A DNA stretch of 64,000 nt from Octopus sinensis (taxonomy: Eukaryota). Shown here piece by piece: positions 63,740 through 64,000 of this stretch. Location: assembly GCF_006345805.1 (NCBI RefSeq), contig NC_043020.1:27528001-27592000 (forward strand), read 5' to 3'. Each line of letters begins with the position of its first letter. The stretch's first letter is position 1. Under the pieces are notes generated by a model. It worked only from the letters and a program-made list of their open reading frames with translations, was not told the DNA's origin and ran no database searches. A program made the translations under genes and the position numbers.

Positions 63740-64000
63740 AATCTAAAAACAGAAACAATTCCTATCATAGTAGGTGCATTAGGCATGATAAAAAAATATT
63801 CAGACAAATACATAACAAAAACACCAGGACTTACAAACACATATAACATACAGAAAATTGCACTACTAGGCACTGCACACATCCTACGCAGAGAACTTTC
63901 CATACAATAACCATCAGAGCATCACAACAAATCACAGCACATACCCAAGGCGCACACAGAGCTGCGCTCGGTAGTGAAGTGAAAGCACGCTATAAAAATA
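63740..64000 (+). mobile_element. Dong/R4-clade non-LTR retrotransposon 3' fragment inserted in (TAA)n
   Basis: 63740-63910 translates NLKTETIPIIVGALGMIKK...IQKIALLGTAHILRRELSIQ*, the typical R4/Dong C-terminus. Preceded by (TAA)n, the known Dong target. Confidence 0.75.

Overview
AT-rich, microsatellite- and SINE-dense metazoan genomic DNA. The repeat landscape resembles octopus/coleoid cephalopod DNA (inference). Nearly all ORFs in the supplied track are microsatellite or repeat artefacts. Genes: (i) the first five coding exons (213 aa, all splice phases consistent, ~35 kb intron 1) of an MBOAT1/2-type lysophospholipid acyltransferase on +, continuing past the window end; (ii) a probable 18-nt first coding exon (MASNKA|GTAAGT) of an unidentified divergent gene on -, present twice in a 1.2 kb tandem duplication. 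Mobile DNA includes several tRNA-derived SINE families, CR1, RTE and Dong/R4 LINE ends, mariner relics, hAT and piggyBac-like MITEs, Helitrons and a solo LTR. Main finding: a diverse set of short (TA)n-associated elements, most of them long inverted repeats, carrying type I hammerhead ribozyme motifs with palindromic stem III, the signature of Penelope-like elements/retrozymes. These include a canonical copy on both strands (45.2-45.5 kb), an apparent natural G3:C8 core-swap variant (27.7 and 33.4 kb) and a tandem 185-nt retrozyme-like dimer (52.2-52.6 kb). Most lie in MBOAT introns. All ribozyme calls are hand-folded and untested.
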